A DNA stretch of 60,641 nt, the filler included. It is 6 parts of 6 records of this genome, joined end to end, with 100 filler letters (N's around TTAATTAATTAA, not from the genome) between each part and the next. Parts side by side here need not be neighbours in the genome. Positions count along the whole stretch, not along the records: positions 16,771 to 26,003 come from DRR723986_10508; positions 26,104 to 31,526 come from DRR723986_10509; 4 more parts are not named here. One strand, 5' to 3'. The notes beneath the pieces were generated by a model that saw only the letters and a program-made list of their open reading frames with translations, was not told the DNA's origin and did no database searches. The position numbers and the translations under genes were made by a program. Shown piece after piece: positions 20,948-29,717 of this stretch; the first letter of the stretch is position 1, and the number at the start of each line of letters is the position of its first letter.

Positions 20948-21397
20948 TTACGTATCCGTGGTGTTGATGGGACGAGACATTTGTATCCGGATGACATCCT
21001 GCTGGGTCACGACCCACCCCAATCGGGTGTAAAGCGCAACATTTGAGGGCATATCAGCATGGGTGGCAAGTCGAATGTGGTGCGCGCCAGCAGCCTTTGC
21101 AGCGTCCACACAGGTCCCGATCAAACGCTTGCCCAAACCTTGCCCTGAGAAATCTGGATGCACCGCGACATTGGCCAAATGCCAAATGTCATCTGCAGCA
21201 ACAACAATCAAACAGCCAACGATGCGCTGGCTCGATTCCAAAACCCAAACAAGATTGTTCTGAATATCATCGCCGACGCCCTCAGAAACAGCAGGCAATT
21301 TCAACCCTGCGCTCAGATACGGGGCATAGGCCGCATCGATACAGCGAACGATCCCCGCCGCGTCATCCAAAATAGCACGGCGGAGGATCACAGTCAT
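20948..21397 (-). CDS. GNAT N-acetyltransferase
   Basis: NVAVHP..SGQGLGKRL acetyl-CoA motif and N..LY.RLGW. Confidence 0.85.
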   Translation of the reverse strand: MTVILRRAILDDAAGIVRCIDAAYAPYLSAGLKLPAVSEGVGDDIQNNLVWVLESSQRIVGCLIVVAADDIWHLANVAVHPDFSGQGLGKRLIGTCVDAAKAAGAHHIRLATHADMPSNVALYTRLGWVVTQQDVIRIQMSRPINTTDT

Positions 21398-21401
21398 AAT
21401 A

Positions 21402-23798
21402 TTAGCCGCGCAGAACGCCGCCGGTGGCTTTGGCGACTTTTTCAACGATCTTTGCGCTAACGGCTTCGATGTCTTTTTCTTTCAACGTTTTATCCGTTGG
21501 TTGCAGACGTACGGTGATGGCCAGCGATTTCTTGTCTTCGCCAAGGTTGCCCCCGATGAATTCGTCGAAAACACGTACGTTTTCGATCAACGCTTTGTCC
21601 GCCCCAACAGCGGCATTGATCAAGGTCAGCGCATCGACATTCGTATCAACAACAAAGGCGAAATCCCGTTCAACGGCCTGCAAGTCTCGCAATTCAAGCG
21701 CGCCACGCGACGCCCCGGATTTACGCGGCATGGGAACCTCGTCCGGCCAAATGGTAAAGGCCATAGCAGGACCTTTGATATCCATTGCACTCAGCACACG
21801 AGGGTGCAATTCACCAAAGACACCCATCACTTTTTTGGGACCAAGGCAGATCTTGCCATGACGTCCCGGATGCCACCAATCCTGTGCGCCGCGGAGGATC
21901 TGCACTTTGGCAGGGGCCCCGATAGCCGCCAGAACAGCCTCGGCATCCGCTTTGGCGTCATAGAGATCAACAGGACGCGATGCCCCATGTACGTCCTTGG
22001 GGCCAGTCCGACCAACCAAAAGACCCGAAATCAAGTTATGTTGCTCGCCAGGTTCACCACCGTGGAATGCAGGGCCAACCTCGAACAGGGCCAGATCCAT
22101 ATAGCCACGCGCCTGATTTCGAGCCGCTGCCTGCAACAGTCCGGGCAGCAAAGCCGGGCGCATGTGGGACATATCCGAACTGATCGGGTTTGCCAGCATT
22201 GTCGCGTCATCCCCACCACCGAACAAAGCAGCGCTGGCCTGATCAATGAAAGAATACGTGACGCATTCATTATACCCCAACGCGGCACAAGTCCGGCGTG
22301 CGGACACATGGCGACGCTGCTGCGGGGTCATTACCGGCTTTGGAATACCATCTGTCAAGCGCGGCAGCGGCTTACCTTCGAGCTTGGTCAGGGATGCAAT
22401 GCGCGCAACCTCTTCTACCAAATCGGCCTCGCCCATAACATCGGGACGCCAGCTGGGAACATGCGCCATGTTCCCTTCCAGACGGAAGCCGAGGCGTGTC
22501 AGCGTCTGACGCTGTTCGCTTTCGGGGATATCCATCCCGACCAGAGACCGCACCCGCTCGGCGTCCAACTTGAACGCACGCGCATGGTCTGGCGCTTTGC
22601 CAGCCTCGACAACGGCCGAGGCTTCGCCGCCACAAATGTCCAGAATCATCTGAGTGGCCTGTTCAAGCCCTTCAAGCGTGTATTGCGGATCTACGCCCCG
22701 CTCAAACCGATAGCGCGCATCCGAATTGATCTTGAGCGCGCGACCGACGAAGGCGATCTGAACGTTGTCCCAGAACGCACTTTCAAGGAATACGTTGACC
22801 GTTTCCTCGGTACAGCCGGTATCGGTGCCGCCCATGATACCCGCGATACTTTCCGCGCCGCGGTCATCCGAAATCACCATCATGCCGGGCTGCAACGTGT
22901 ATTCTTTATCATCCAGCGCCGTCAGGGTTTCGCCCCCCGCCGCGCGATGAACCCGCAGATTTCCGGCCACCTTGTCCACGTCAAACACATGCAAAGGCCG
23001 GTTGTGGTCGAATGTCATGTAATTGGTGATATCCACCAAAGCAGAAATCGGACGCAACCCAATTGCCATCAACTGATCCTGCAACCACTGCGGGCTGGGA
23101 CCATTGCGAACACCCCGGATCACACGACCCGTGAAATGTGGACAGCCATCAAGCGTATCTTCGTCAATCGACACTTTGATTGGGCTTTCAAATTCACCCT
23201 GCACCGGGGTGTAATCCCGGTCTTTGAGAACCCCCAAACCCCGGGCGGCCAGATCCCGCGCGATCCCCTGAACGCCCAATGCGTCGGGTCGGTTTGGCGT
23301 GATCGCGATATCGATCATAGTGTCAACTTTGGCCGGGTCATTTTCGGCCAGCCAGTCCACGAACCGATCCCCAACTTCGCCCGAGGGCAGTTCGATGATT
23401 CCGTCGTGCTCTTCGGACAGCTCCAGCTCGCGCTCGGACGCCATCATACCATAGCTTTCGACACCCCGAATTTTGCCAACACCAATTGTGATGTCCAAGC
23501 CCGGCACATACATGCCCGGTTTACACACAACGACGGTGATGCCTTCGCGGGCATTCGGCGCTCCACAGATGATCTGCATTTCGCCTTCGTCTGTGTCGAC
23601 CTTACATACCCGCAGCTTATCCGCATCGGGGTGTTTCTCGGCGTGTTTGACATAGCCAAGGGTAAAATCCTTGAGCCGATCCGCTGGATTACTGATCTCT
23701 TCCACTTCAAGACCCAAATCTGTCAGGGCCTCGGAAATCTCATCCACGGATGCATCAGTGTCGAGGTGGTCTTTCAACCATGAGAGGGTGAATTTCAT
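21402..23798 (-). CDS. pheT: Phenylalanine--tRNA ligase beta subunit
   Basis: MKFTLSWL, HPDADKL, CGAPN, ITPNRPD, RFERGVD and a C-terminal FDX-ACB domain; 798 aa. Confidence 0.98.
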   Translation of the reverse strand: MKFTLSWLKDHLDTDASVDEISEALTDLGLEVEEISNPADRLKDFTLGYVKHAEKHPDADKLRVCKVDTDEGEMQIICGAPNAREGITVVVCKPGMYVPGLDITIGVGKIRGVESYGMMASERELELSEEHDGIIELPSGEVGDRFVDWLAENDPAKVDTMIDIAITPNRPDALGVQGIARDLAARGLGVLKDRDYTPVQGEFESPIKVSIDEDTLDGCPHFTGRVIRGVRNGPSPQWLQDQLMAIGLRPISALVDITNYMTFDHNRPLHVFDVDKVAGNLRVHRAAGGETLTALDDKEYTLQPGMMVISDDRGAESIAGIMGGTDTGCTEETVNVFLESAFWDNVQIAFVGRALKINSDARYRFERGVDPQYTLEGLEQATQMILDICGGEASAVVEAGKAPDHARAFKLDAERVRSLVGMDIPESEQRQTLTRLGFRLEGNMAHVPSWRPDVMGEADLVEEVARIASLTKLEGKPLPRLTDGIPKPVMTPQQRRHVSARRTCAALGYNECVTYSFIDQASAALFGGGDDATMLANPISSDMSHMRPALLPGLLQAAARNQARGYMDLALFEVGPAFHGGEPGEQHNLISGLLVGRTGPKDVHGASRPVDLYDAKADAEAVLAAIGAPAKVQILRGAQDWWHPGRHGKICLGPKKVMGVFGELHPRVLSAMDIKGPAMAFTIWPDEVPMPRKSGASRGALELRDLQAVERDFAFVVDTNVDALTLINAAVGADKALIENVRVFDEFIGGNLGEDKKSLAITVRLQPTDKTLKEKDIEAVSAKIVEKVAKATGGVLRG

Positions 23799-23926
23799 TG
23801 GGTCGCGTCCGCAGTTGGTCCTTGGTCAAAGGAGGCTTTAGCCGATTGCGCCCCCATGGGAAAGGGCAGCCACACATCGTTCTTAAATTACTGCGCCGTC
23901 TGTGTCCTTCTCGGGACGCCTCGCGC

Positions 23927-24742
23927 CTAGGGGTATCGCGGCGGGTTCCCCATCAGCTCATCCAACTGCCAGCCGATCCATCCGTGCGGAATGAAATGCC
24001 CGCCGGGGTGGGTGTCCAATGTGACTTTGCCCTGCTGACAGGTTGGCCATTCGGTCCGTGCCAAAGATAGAAACGGCACAACACCCCAGGTCTTTGCCCG
24101 CGTGGCTGCTCCGCAATCATAGTGACGCCGCCACAGGGCAACGGGAAAGGTCTGATCGCCTTGCGGCCCGAACGGGAAATCCATCACCGTGTCATCCAGA
24201 CCGTGCACATGGCGAACTTCGCGCGGGACTTGCTGACAGGTTTCCGATTGCTGCAACGTGCCAGAGATCGCCAACAAAGCCGCCACATGCTGACCGCTTT
24301 CACAAGCATACCGCCACGCCATCGCGCCACCGAAAGAATAGCCCGACACAAAGACACGGCTCGGATCAATTGGATATCGCGCCGCCACATCGGCCAATAC
24401 CGCATTGGCAAAGGCCACATCGTCGGTGTCCGCGTTCCAGAAATTCCAACTTTTGCCCAACCCATTTGGCGCAACCAACAGAACCCCACGCGACCGCGTC
24501 GCCCCCGCAATCCGTTCATGCCGCACGACAAGATCCCCCTGCCGCGCCCATCCGTGGAAATGCAACAATACCGGCAGCGGCGTTGTCCCGTCCCAATCAT
24601 CGGGTTCGAGTACATGATACGACCGCTCGCCCAGCTCACATGCTGTTTGATTATGGCAATTCCCCGATTTCCACGGCCCCATGGCCGCAACAGAGGACGC
24701 CCACAAAAGGGCCACGCAAACAGATATCACAGATTGAATCAT
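23927..24742 (-). CDS. Secreted alpha/beta hydrolase (PHB depolymerase/LpqC-like esterase)
   Basis: Signal peptide, HFHGW, GYSFG nucleophile elbow, HG.DD and GGH. Confidence 0.8.
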   Translation of the reverse strand: MIQSVISVCVALLWASSVAAMGPWKSGNCHNQTACELGERSYHVLEPDDWDGTTPLPVLLHFHGWARQGDLVVRHERIAGATRSRGVLLVAPNGLGKSWNFWNADTDDVAFANAVLADVAARYPIDPSRVFVSGYSFGGAMAWRYACESGQHVAALLAISGTLQQSETCQQVPREVRHVHGLDDTVMDFPFGPQGDQTFPVALWRRHYDCGAATRAKTWGVVPFLSLARTEWPTCQQGKVTLDTHPGGHFIPHGWIGWQLDELMGNPPRYP

Positions 24743-24804
24743 GGGCTTGACCCTAGTCGCCCGATTCGCAATGTCACCTCACATTCCTGTGGGACCGCGT
24801 GAGG

Positions 24805-25255
24805 TTAATCCTCAGTGACCACAGTATTTTTCACACCCTTTGCCCCGGCAAAAACCGCAAGAATGCGCACGATATCATCGCCCGTGTTGGTCCCGCTATG
24901 GGGTGAGCGAAACGCCTCGACCAAGGCATCGCCTTTGCGATAGGTCTTAGACCCCGCCGCGCCGTAATCCACCGTGATTTCCCCGTCGAGGATATAAGCA
25001 GCCAACGGCGAGGATATAAGCAGCCAACGGCACGTCGTGTTCATGCACCCCCGTGACCTGCCCCGGCTGCATGGTCACAATCGCCATTGTGATCTGCGGC
25101 TTACCTTTGGGGTATTCCAGCGGCTCGCCAAGAATCGACGTACTGGTTTGCAGCAGGACATCCACTGGGGGATAGGTGTCTTTGGCGTAGGCGGTGGAAA
25201 CGAAAGCAATTAGAGCGACGACAAGCAGATGTTTCAATGTGGAACCTTTGGGCAT
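24805..25255 (-). pseudogene. Secreted cupin-domain protein, frameshifted by a 22-bp tandem duplication
   Basis: The N-half ORF (signal peptide ... HEHDVPLAAYIL) and the C-half ORF (PLAAYILDGEITVDYG ... H.G.N) are joined by the duplicated unit at 24987-25030. The start could instead be the TTG at 25237. Confidence 0.85.
24987..25030. repeat. Perfect 22-bp tandem duplication (CGAGGATATAAGCAGCCAACGG x2)
   Basis: Copies at 24987-25008 and 25009-25030. Confidence 0.97.
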
Positions 25256-25369
25256 AACCGGTTTTCCCAAAGATGCCCCGCCGCGCCTCAACAGTCAAAA
25301 CCGCATTATCACCAAACCGCGGGACGGCGATGACGCGGCGGCCTATCGGCCTAGATTCCGCGCACTCGG

Positions 25370-25648
25370 CTATTTCTTCCAGGTTCTGTCGATCAGTTTA
25401 CGAGTTCGCAAGGCATTAGAAATTTGCGAACGTTTCTGGTCGTCCCGCGTTTTCCAAACCTTGTGATGTGCGGCTGCAAAAACGCCAACTGGTCCCATCA
25501 CAAAACAGAAATAGCAAATGAATGCCCAAGCCGGAGTCATCGTAGCAACAACGCCAAGTCCCAAAACGGAGGCAACCTCAATGGCATGCCCCTGCCATCG
25601 TGGCATATTTTCAGCTTTTGACAGGCACCAATTGTAAATGCCTGCCAT
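25370..25648 (-). CDS. Small hypothetical membrane protein (two TMs, basic tail)
   Basis: ORF of about 92 aa directly downstream of pheS in the same direction, with a hydrophobic hairpin. Confidence 0.55.
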   Translation of the reverse strand: MAGIYNWCLSKAENMPRWQGHAIEVASVLGLGVVATMTPAWAFICYFCFVMGPVGVFAAAHHKVWKTRDDQKRSQISNALRTRKLIDRTWKK

Positions 25649-25669
25649 CAAAGCGCTAAGTTGAAACAC

Positions 25670-26003
25670 TTAGCGGCTCAAACCTCCATGCAGGTTCGGC
25701 ATATCCAGCGATTGGAACCCGTAGTGGCGCAGCCAGCGGAGGTCGCTGTCAAAGAAGGCGCGCAGATCAGGGATGCCGTATTTCAGCATCGCCAGACGGT
25801 CGATGCCGATGCCAAAGGCAAAGCCTTGATACACGTCGGGGTCGATGCCACCGGCGGCAATCACCTTGGGGTGCACCATGCCAGAGCCGAGGATTTCGAG
25901 CCAATCGTCGCCTTCGCCAATCTTGAGCGTACCGCCCTCCCACGAGCAGCGAATGTCGACTTCGGCCGAAGGCTCGGTGAAGGGGAAATGCGAGGCGCGG
26001 AAG
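25670..26003 (-). CDS. pheS: Phenylalanine--tRNA ligase alpha subunit, 3' part
   Basis: [14 protein letters not shown] and [24 protein letters not shown] motifs. Confidence 0.97.
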
Positions 26004-26103
26004 NNNNNNNNNNNNNNNNNNNNNNNNNNNNNNNNNNNNNNNNNNNNTTAATTAATTAANNNNNNNNNNNNNNNNNNNNNNNNNNNNNNNNNNNNNNNNN
26101 NNN
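26004..26103. other. Artificial contig spacer
   Basis: N44-TTAATTAATTAA-N44. Confidence 0.99.
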
Positions 26104-26104
26104 C

Positions 26105-27031
26105 AACAAGTACAAGGCGCGGATCAAGATCCTCGTGGCCGAGCTTGGCCCGCAAGAGTTCACGCGCCAGGTGGAGGCCGAATACGCCGCCCAGCGCCTG
26201 CACGAGAAGATCGACCTGCCGCAGGCCGAGATCGACCGCATCCATGCCTATTTCGCCCCACCGGCCTTTGACGCCGAAGATGGCACCGAAGCGTTCGAGG
26301 CCGCCAAGGCCGCCGAGCCCGATTTTGCCCAGTGGGCGGAGGTAAACCTGCACCCGCACAAGCAGGCGGGCCATGCCTCCGTCACCGTCAGCCTGAAGCC
26401 GATCGGCGGCGCGGCGGGCGATGCGACGGATCTTCAGATGGAAATCGTTGCGGGTCTCGCCGAACGCTACGCCTATGACGACATTCGCGTCTCCCACGCG
26501 CAGAACCTTGTCCTGCCGCATGTGCCGGTGAAGCATCTCTATGCGATCTGGCAGGCACTCGATGCCGCCGGACTCGCCACGCCGAATGAGAGCCTGATCA
26601 CCGACCTGATCGTCTGCCCGGGCCTCGACTACTGCAACCTCGCCAATGCGCGCTCGATCCCGATCGGGCAGGCAGTGCAGGAAGTCTTCGCCGATCCGAA
26701 GTACCAGCGCGAGATCGGGCGGCTGCACATCAATATTTCCGGCTGCATCAATGCCTGTGGCCACCACCATGTCGGCCATATCGGCATTCTCGGCGTCGAC
26801 CGGAAAGGCGAGGAATTTTACCAGATCAGCCTCGGCGGCCGGGCGGATGAGAAAGCCGCCATCGGCGCCATCGCCGGGCCCGCCCTGAAAGCGGAGGACG
26901 TGCCGGGCGCCGTGAAGCGCATCATCAATGCCTATATGGCGTTGCGCACCTCGCCCGATGAGCTGTTCATCGACACGCTGGAGCGCGTCGGCGCTGACCC
27001 GTTCAAGGAGGCCCTCTATGCCACTGCTTAA
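26105..27031 (+). CDS. cysI: Sulfite reductase hemoprotein (nitrite/sulfite reductase family), 5'-truncated
   Basis: Siroheme/4Fe-4S motifs CPGLDYCNLA and SGCINACGHHH, plus NKYKARIKIL, in an operon with DUF934 and cysH. Confidence 0.92.
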   Translation, partial: NKYKARIKILVAELGPQEFTRQVEAEYAAQRLHEKIDLPQAEIDRIHAYFAPPAFDAEDGTEAFEAAKAAEPDFAQWAEVNLHPHKQAGHASVTVSLKPIGGAAGDATDLQMEIVAGLAERYAYDDIRVSHAQNLVLPHVPVKHLYAIWQALDAAGLATPNESLITDLIVCPGLDYCNLANARSIPIGQAVQEVFADPKYQREIGRLHINISGCINACGHHHVGHIGILGVDRKGEEFYQISLGGRADEKAAIGAIAGPALKAEDVPGAVKRIINAYMALRTSPDELFIDTLERVGADPFKEALYATA

Positions 27032-27512
27032 GGATGGAGCAGAAATCGAGAATATCTGGCTGTTTGCCGGGCAGGAAGGTGAAGAAGATCTAAAGCCTGA
27101 CCAGGCTGTGACCTTGCCGCTTGCCCGTTTCCTGGAACTGGCGGAAAGCCTCGCCGGGCGCAATGCGCCGGTGGGTGTACGCCTCGTTCCGGAAGACGAT
27201 CCGGAGCTTCTGGCGCCATTTCTTGAATGGATTCAATTGGTTGAGGTCTCGTTCCCAAAATATACCGATGGTCGCGGCTACTCCCAGGCACAGCTGCTGC
27301 GGCGCCGTCATGGCTATACGGGGGAGCTGCGCGCGGTGGGACACGTACTACGCGATCAGATTTTCTACATGAACCGTTCAGGCTTCGACGCTTATGAAAC
27401 CGCCCGCGCTGACCTACCTAGTGTTCTGGAAGCCCTGAACGAATTCCGGGACACTTACCAGCCCGCCGCTGATGGCCGGGTCTCGGTGTTCCACGCAAGA
27501 CACGGAACCTGA
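27018..27512 (+). CDS. DUF934-family protein (sulfite reductase accessory)
   Basis: FPKYTDGRGYSQAQLLR, GELRAVG.VLRDQ, GFD and YQPA motifs. Confidence 0.92.
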   Translation: MPLLKDGAEIENIWLFAGQEGEEDLKPDQAVTLPLARFLELAESLAGRNAPVGVRLVPEDDPELLAPFLEWIQLVEVSFPKYTDGRGYSQAQLLRRRHGYTGELRAVGHVLRDQIFYMNRSGFDAYETARADLPSVLEALNEFRDTYQPAADGRVSVFHARHGT

Positions 27513-27516
27513 CCTG

Positions 27517-28260
27517 ATGCCCTATGGCGATATCAAACTCCGGCAGAAAGAGGATACCGAGACCCGTCTCGCCCGCCTGAATGGCGAGCTGCGCGAAGCC
27601 TCGGCCCAGACCATTCTGCGCGTCGCCATGGTGCGCGAATGGCCGGAACAGCTGACCTATGTGTCGAGCTTCGGGGCAGAGAGCGTGGCCATGCTGTCGC
27701 TGATCGCCGAAGTGGACCCGAGCCTGCCGGTGATTTTTCTCGATACGGGCATGCATTTCCCGCAGACGCTGGACTATCGCGACGAGGTGATCGACCGCCT
27801 GGGCCTCACCGGTGTGCGTTCCATTCCGCCGAACGAGACCGAGCGCAAGGTGCTCGACCCGGACAACAAGCTCTGGAAGTCCGACTCCGATGCCTGCTGC
27901 GCCCTGCGCAAGGTGCGCCCGCTGGAACCGGCCCTGGATGGCTTCAGCGCCTGGATCACCGGCCGCAAGCGTTTCCATGGCGGCGAGCGGATGAAGCTGC
28001 CGGTCTTCGAATTCGCGAACGGCCGCTACAAGGTGAACCCGATGGCCGGCTGGACGGCCGACGACGTCGACCTGTTCATGAAGCAGCGCAACCTCCCGCG
28101 CCACCCGCTGGTCGATCAGGGCTATCCGTCGATCGGCTGCTGGCCGTGCACGCGCCCGGCGTCAGACCCGCTGGATCCGCGCTCCGGCCGCTGGGCCGGG
28201 CAGAACAAGACCGAGTGCGGTCTCCATCTCGACAAGGCGGAACGTCCACGCGTATTCTAA
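27517..28260 (+). CDS. cysH: PAPS/APS reductase
   Basis: SSFG, LDTG, CC..RKV.PL, GYPSIGC.PCT and the terminal ECGLH. The CC...CxxC pattern suggests the Fe-S APS-reductase type. Confidence 0.93.
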   Translation: MPYGDIKLRQKEDTETRLARLNGELREASAQTILRVAMVREWPEQLTYVSSFGAESVAMLSLIAEVDPSLPVIFLDTGMHFPQTLDYRDEVIDRLGLTGVRSIPPNETERKVLDPDNKLWKSDSDACCALRKVRPLEPALDGFSAWITGRKRFHGGERMKLPVFEFANGRYKVNPMAGWTADDVDLFMKQRNLPRHPLVDQGYPSIGCWPCTRPASDPLDPRSGRWAGQNKTECGLHLDKAERPRVF

Positions 28261-28303
28261 AGCTCTCTCGGGGCGGCTCTATCACACCAGGGGGTCCCCC
28301 ATT

Positions 28304-28340
28304 CGCCCTTCCCGGGCTAAAAGCCGGGGAGGGCGTTTTC
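28304..28340 (+). terminator. Intrinsic terminator after cysH
   Basis: CGCCCTTCCCGG-N8-CCGGGGAGGGCG-TTTTC. Confidence 0.7.
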
Positions 28341-28350
28341 TTGAGTCACC

Positions 28351-29160
28351 TCAGCGCGATTTCCCGAACACATGTGCCAGCGCGATGGCTCCGGCGGTCG
28401 CCACATTGATGCTGTCGAAGCCGTCCGACATGGGGATGCGCACGGGCGTGGCGGCCTCGATCAGCGCGTCCGGCAGGCCTGGCCCTTCGGCGCCGAGCAG
28501 GATCGCGAGCCTGTCCGGCACGGGCAGGGATTGCAGAGGCGCGGCCTCAGACCGGGGTGTCATGGCCCAGACGGTATAGCCCGCGTTCAAGACGGCATTT
28601 ACCATGTCCAAGCCCGTCCCGCCTTGGGCATAGGGCAGGAACAGGCTCGCCCCGGACGAGACGCGGATGGCCTTCCGGTAGAGCGGATCGCAGCAGCGCT
28701 CGTCCAGCAGGACGCCGCCCGCTCCGAAGGCCGCGGCATTGCGGAAGCAGGCGCCGGTATTGTCGTGGTTCGAAATGTCGGAGAGGAGCAGCAGCGGAGG
28801 TGCAGACGAGTAACTGGCAAGAAATTCGTCTGTCTGGGGAATATCGCTCTTCAGGCCACAGGCGAGCACGCCGCGGTGCATGGGGAAGCCGGCCACCTGG
28901 TCCAACACCTCCTGCGGGGCGGTGTAGACCGGCACATCGGCCGGCACTTTTTCCAGCAGATCGGCCAACGGCTCCAGCCGGGACTCGGCCAGGAACAGGC
29001 TCTCCACGGCAAAACGCGACCGCGTGAGTAGCGTCTCCAGCGTCACCTTGCCCTCGACAATGAACCGCCCGCCATGGCCGGACGTCAGGTCCTTCTCGCG
29101 GATGGACATGTAGGCGGCAACGCGGGGGTCTGCAGGGTCAGAAACAGGAAGAACGGGCAT
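28351..29160 (-). CDS. TrmH/SpoU-family RNA methyltransferase
   Basis: NHDNTGACFRNAAAFG, LGAEGPGL and IPM..FDSINVA SPOUT motifs. Confidence 0.9.
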   Translation of the reverse strand: MPVLPVSDPADPRVAAYMSIREKDLTSGHGGRFIVEGKVTLETLLTRSRFAVESLFLAESRLEPLADLLEKVPADVPVYTAPQEVLDQVAGFPMHRGVLACGLKSDIPQTDEFLASYSSAPPLLLLSDISNHDNTGACFRNAAAFGAGGVLLDERCCDPLYRKAIRVSSGASLFLPYAQGGTGLDMVNAVLNAGYTVWAMTPRSEAAPLQSLPVPDRLAILLGAEGPGLPDALIEAATPVRIPMSDGFDSINVATAGAIALAHVFGKSR

Positions 29161-29213
29161 GGGGGTTACCCATGCCCGCTCCGTCTGCTGCGATCAATCG
29201 CTGGGGTTTACGA

Positions 29214-29546
29214 TCAGTCGAGCAGATCAATGATGGCGTTGGCGACGAGGCCGGTTGTGACCTCCATCAGGTAGGCGTCCTGGTCGACCACGACCCAGCG
29301 ATAGCCCGGAGGGGCCGGTTCCAGGTCATAGCGGCGCCAGTCCTCGAAATGGTGGCCGGTACGATAGTCCACGAGCAGATATTCGCCCTTCTTCCACATT
29401 TTCCTGGCATGGCCCGGCGGGATCTTGCCCTGCTTGGCCAGGCCCGGCGGCAGGTCGCCACGCGTGGAATGCGGCGGGTCGGCATAGGCCATCAGGCCTG
29501 CGCCCATGGCAGCAGCCAGCGCGGTGGTGACGAGTCTGAATTTCAT
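29214..29546 (-). CDS. RcnB-family periplasmic protein
   Basis: Signal peptide, LPPGLAK..IPPG, and W..G..L...Y......WRRY.L..APPGYRWV. Confidence 0.8.
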   Translation of the reverse strand: MKFRLVTTALAAAMGAGLMAYADPPHSTRGDLPPGLAKQGKIPPGHARKMWKKGEYLLVDYRTGHHFEDWRRYDLEPAPPGYRWVVVDQDAYLMEVTTGLVANAIIDLLD

Positions 29547-29717
29547 TTCAAACCTCTTTCAGGGCGTGTGGTCAGGTCTTGGGCGATCAACGGTTGAGAC
29601 GGCAACCCGGTTCCCGGTAATCGGCAGGGGTGCGGGCCATCAACGTAATCTGTTGTTTGTGCTGAAGATTGCGGTAGGAGTTAAGGCACTTCAGAATGCG
29701 GAAGGGGAGATCCGCGC

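Noticed and set aside
21501-23783. 760-aa ORF antisense to pheT
   Set aside because: It is a shadow ORF produced by pheT codon bias and has no recognisable domain.
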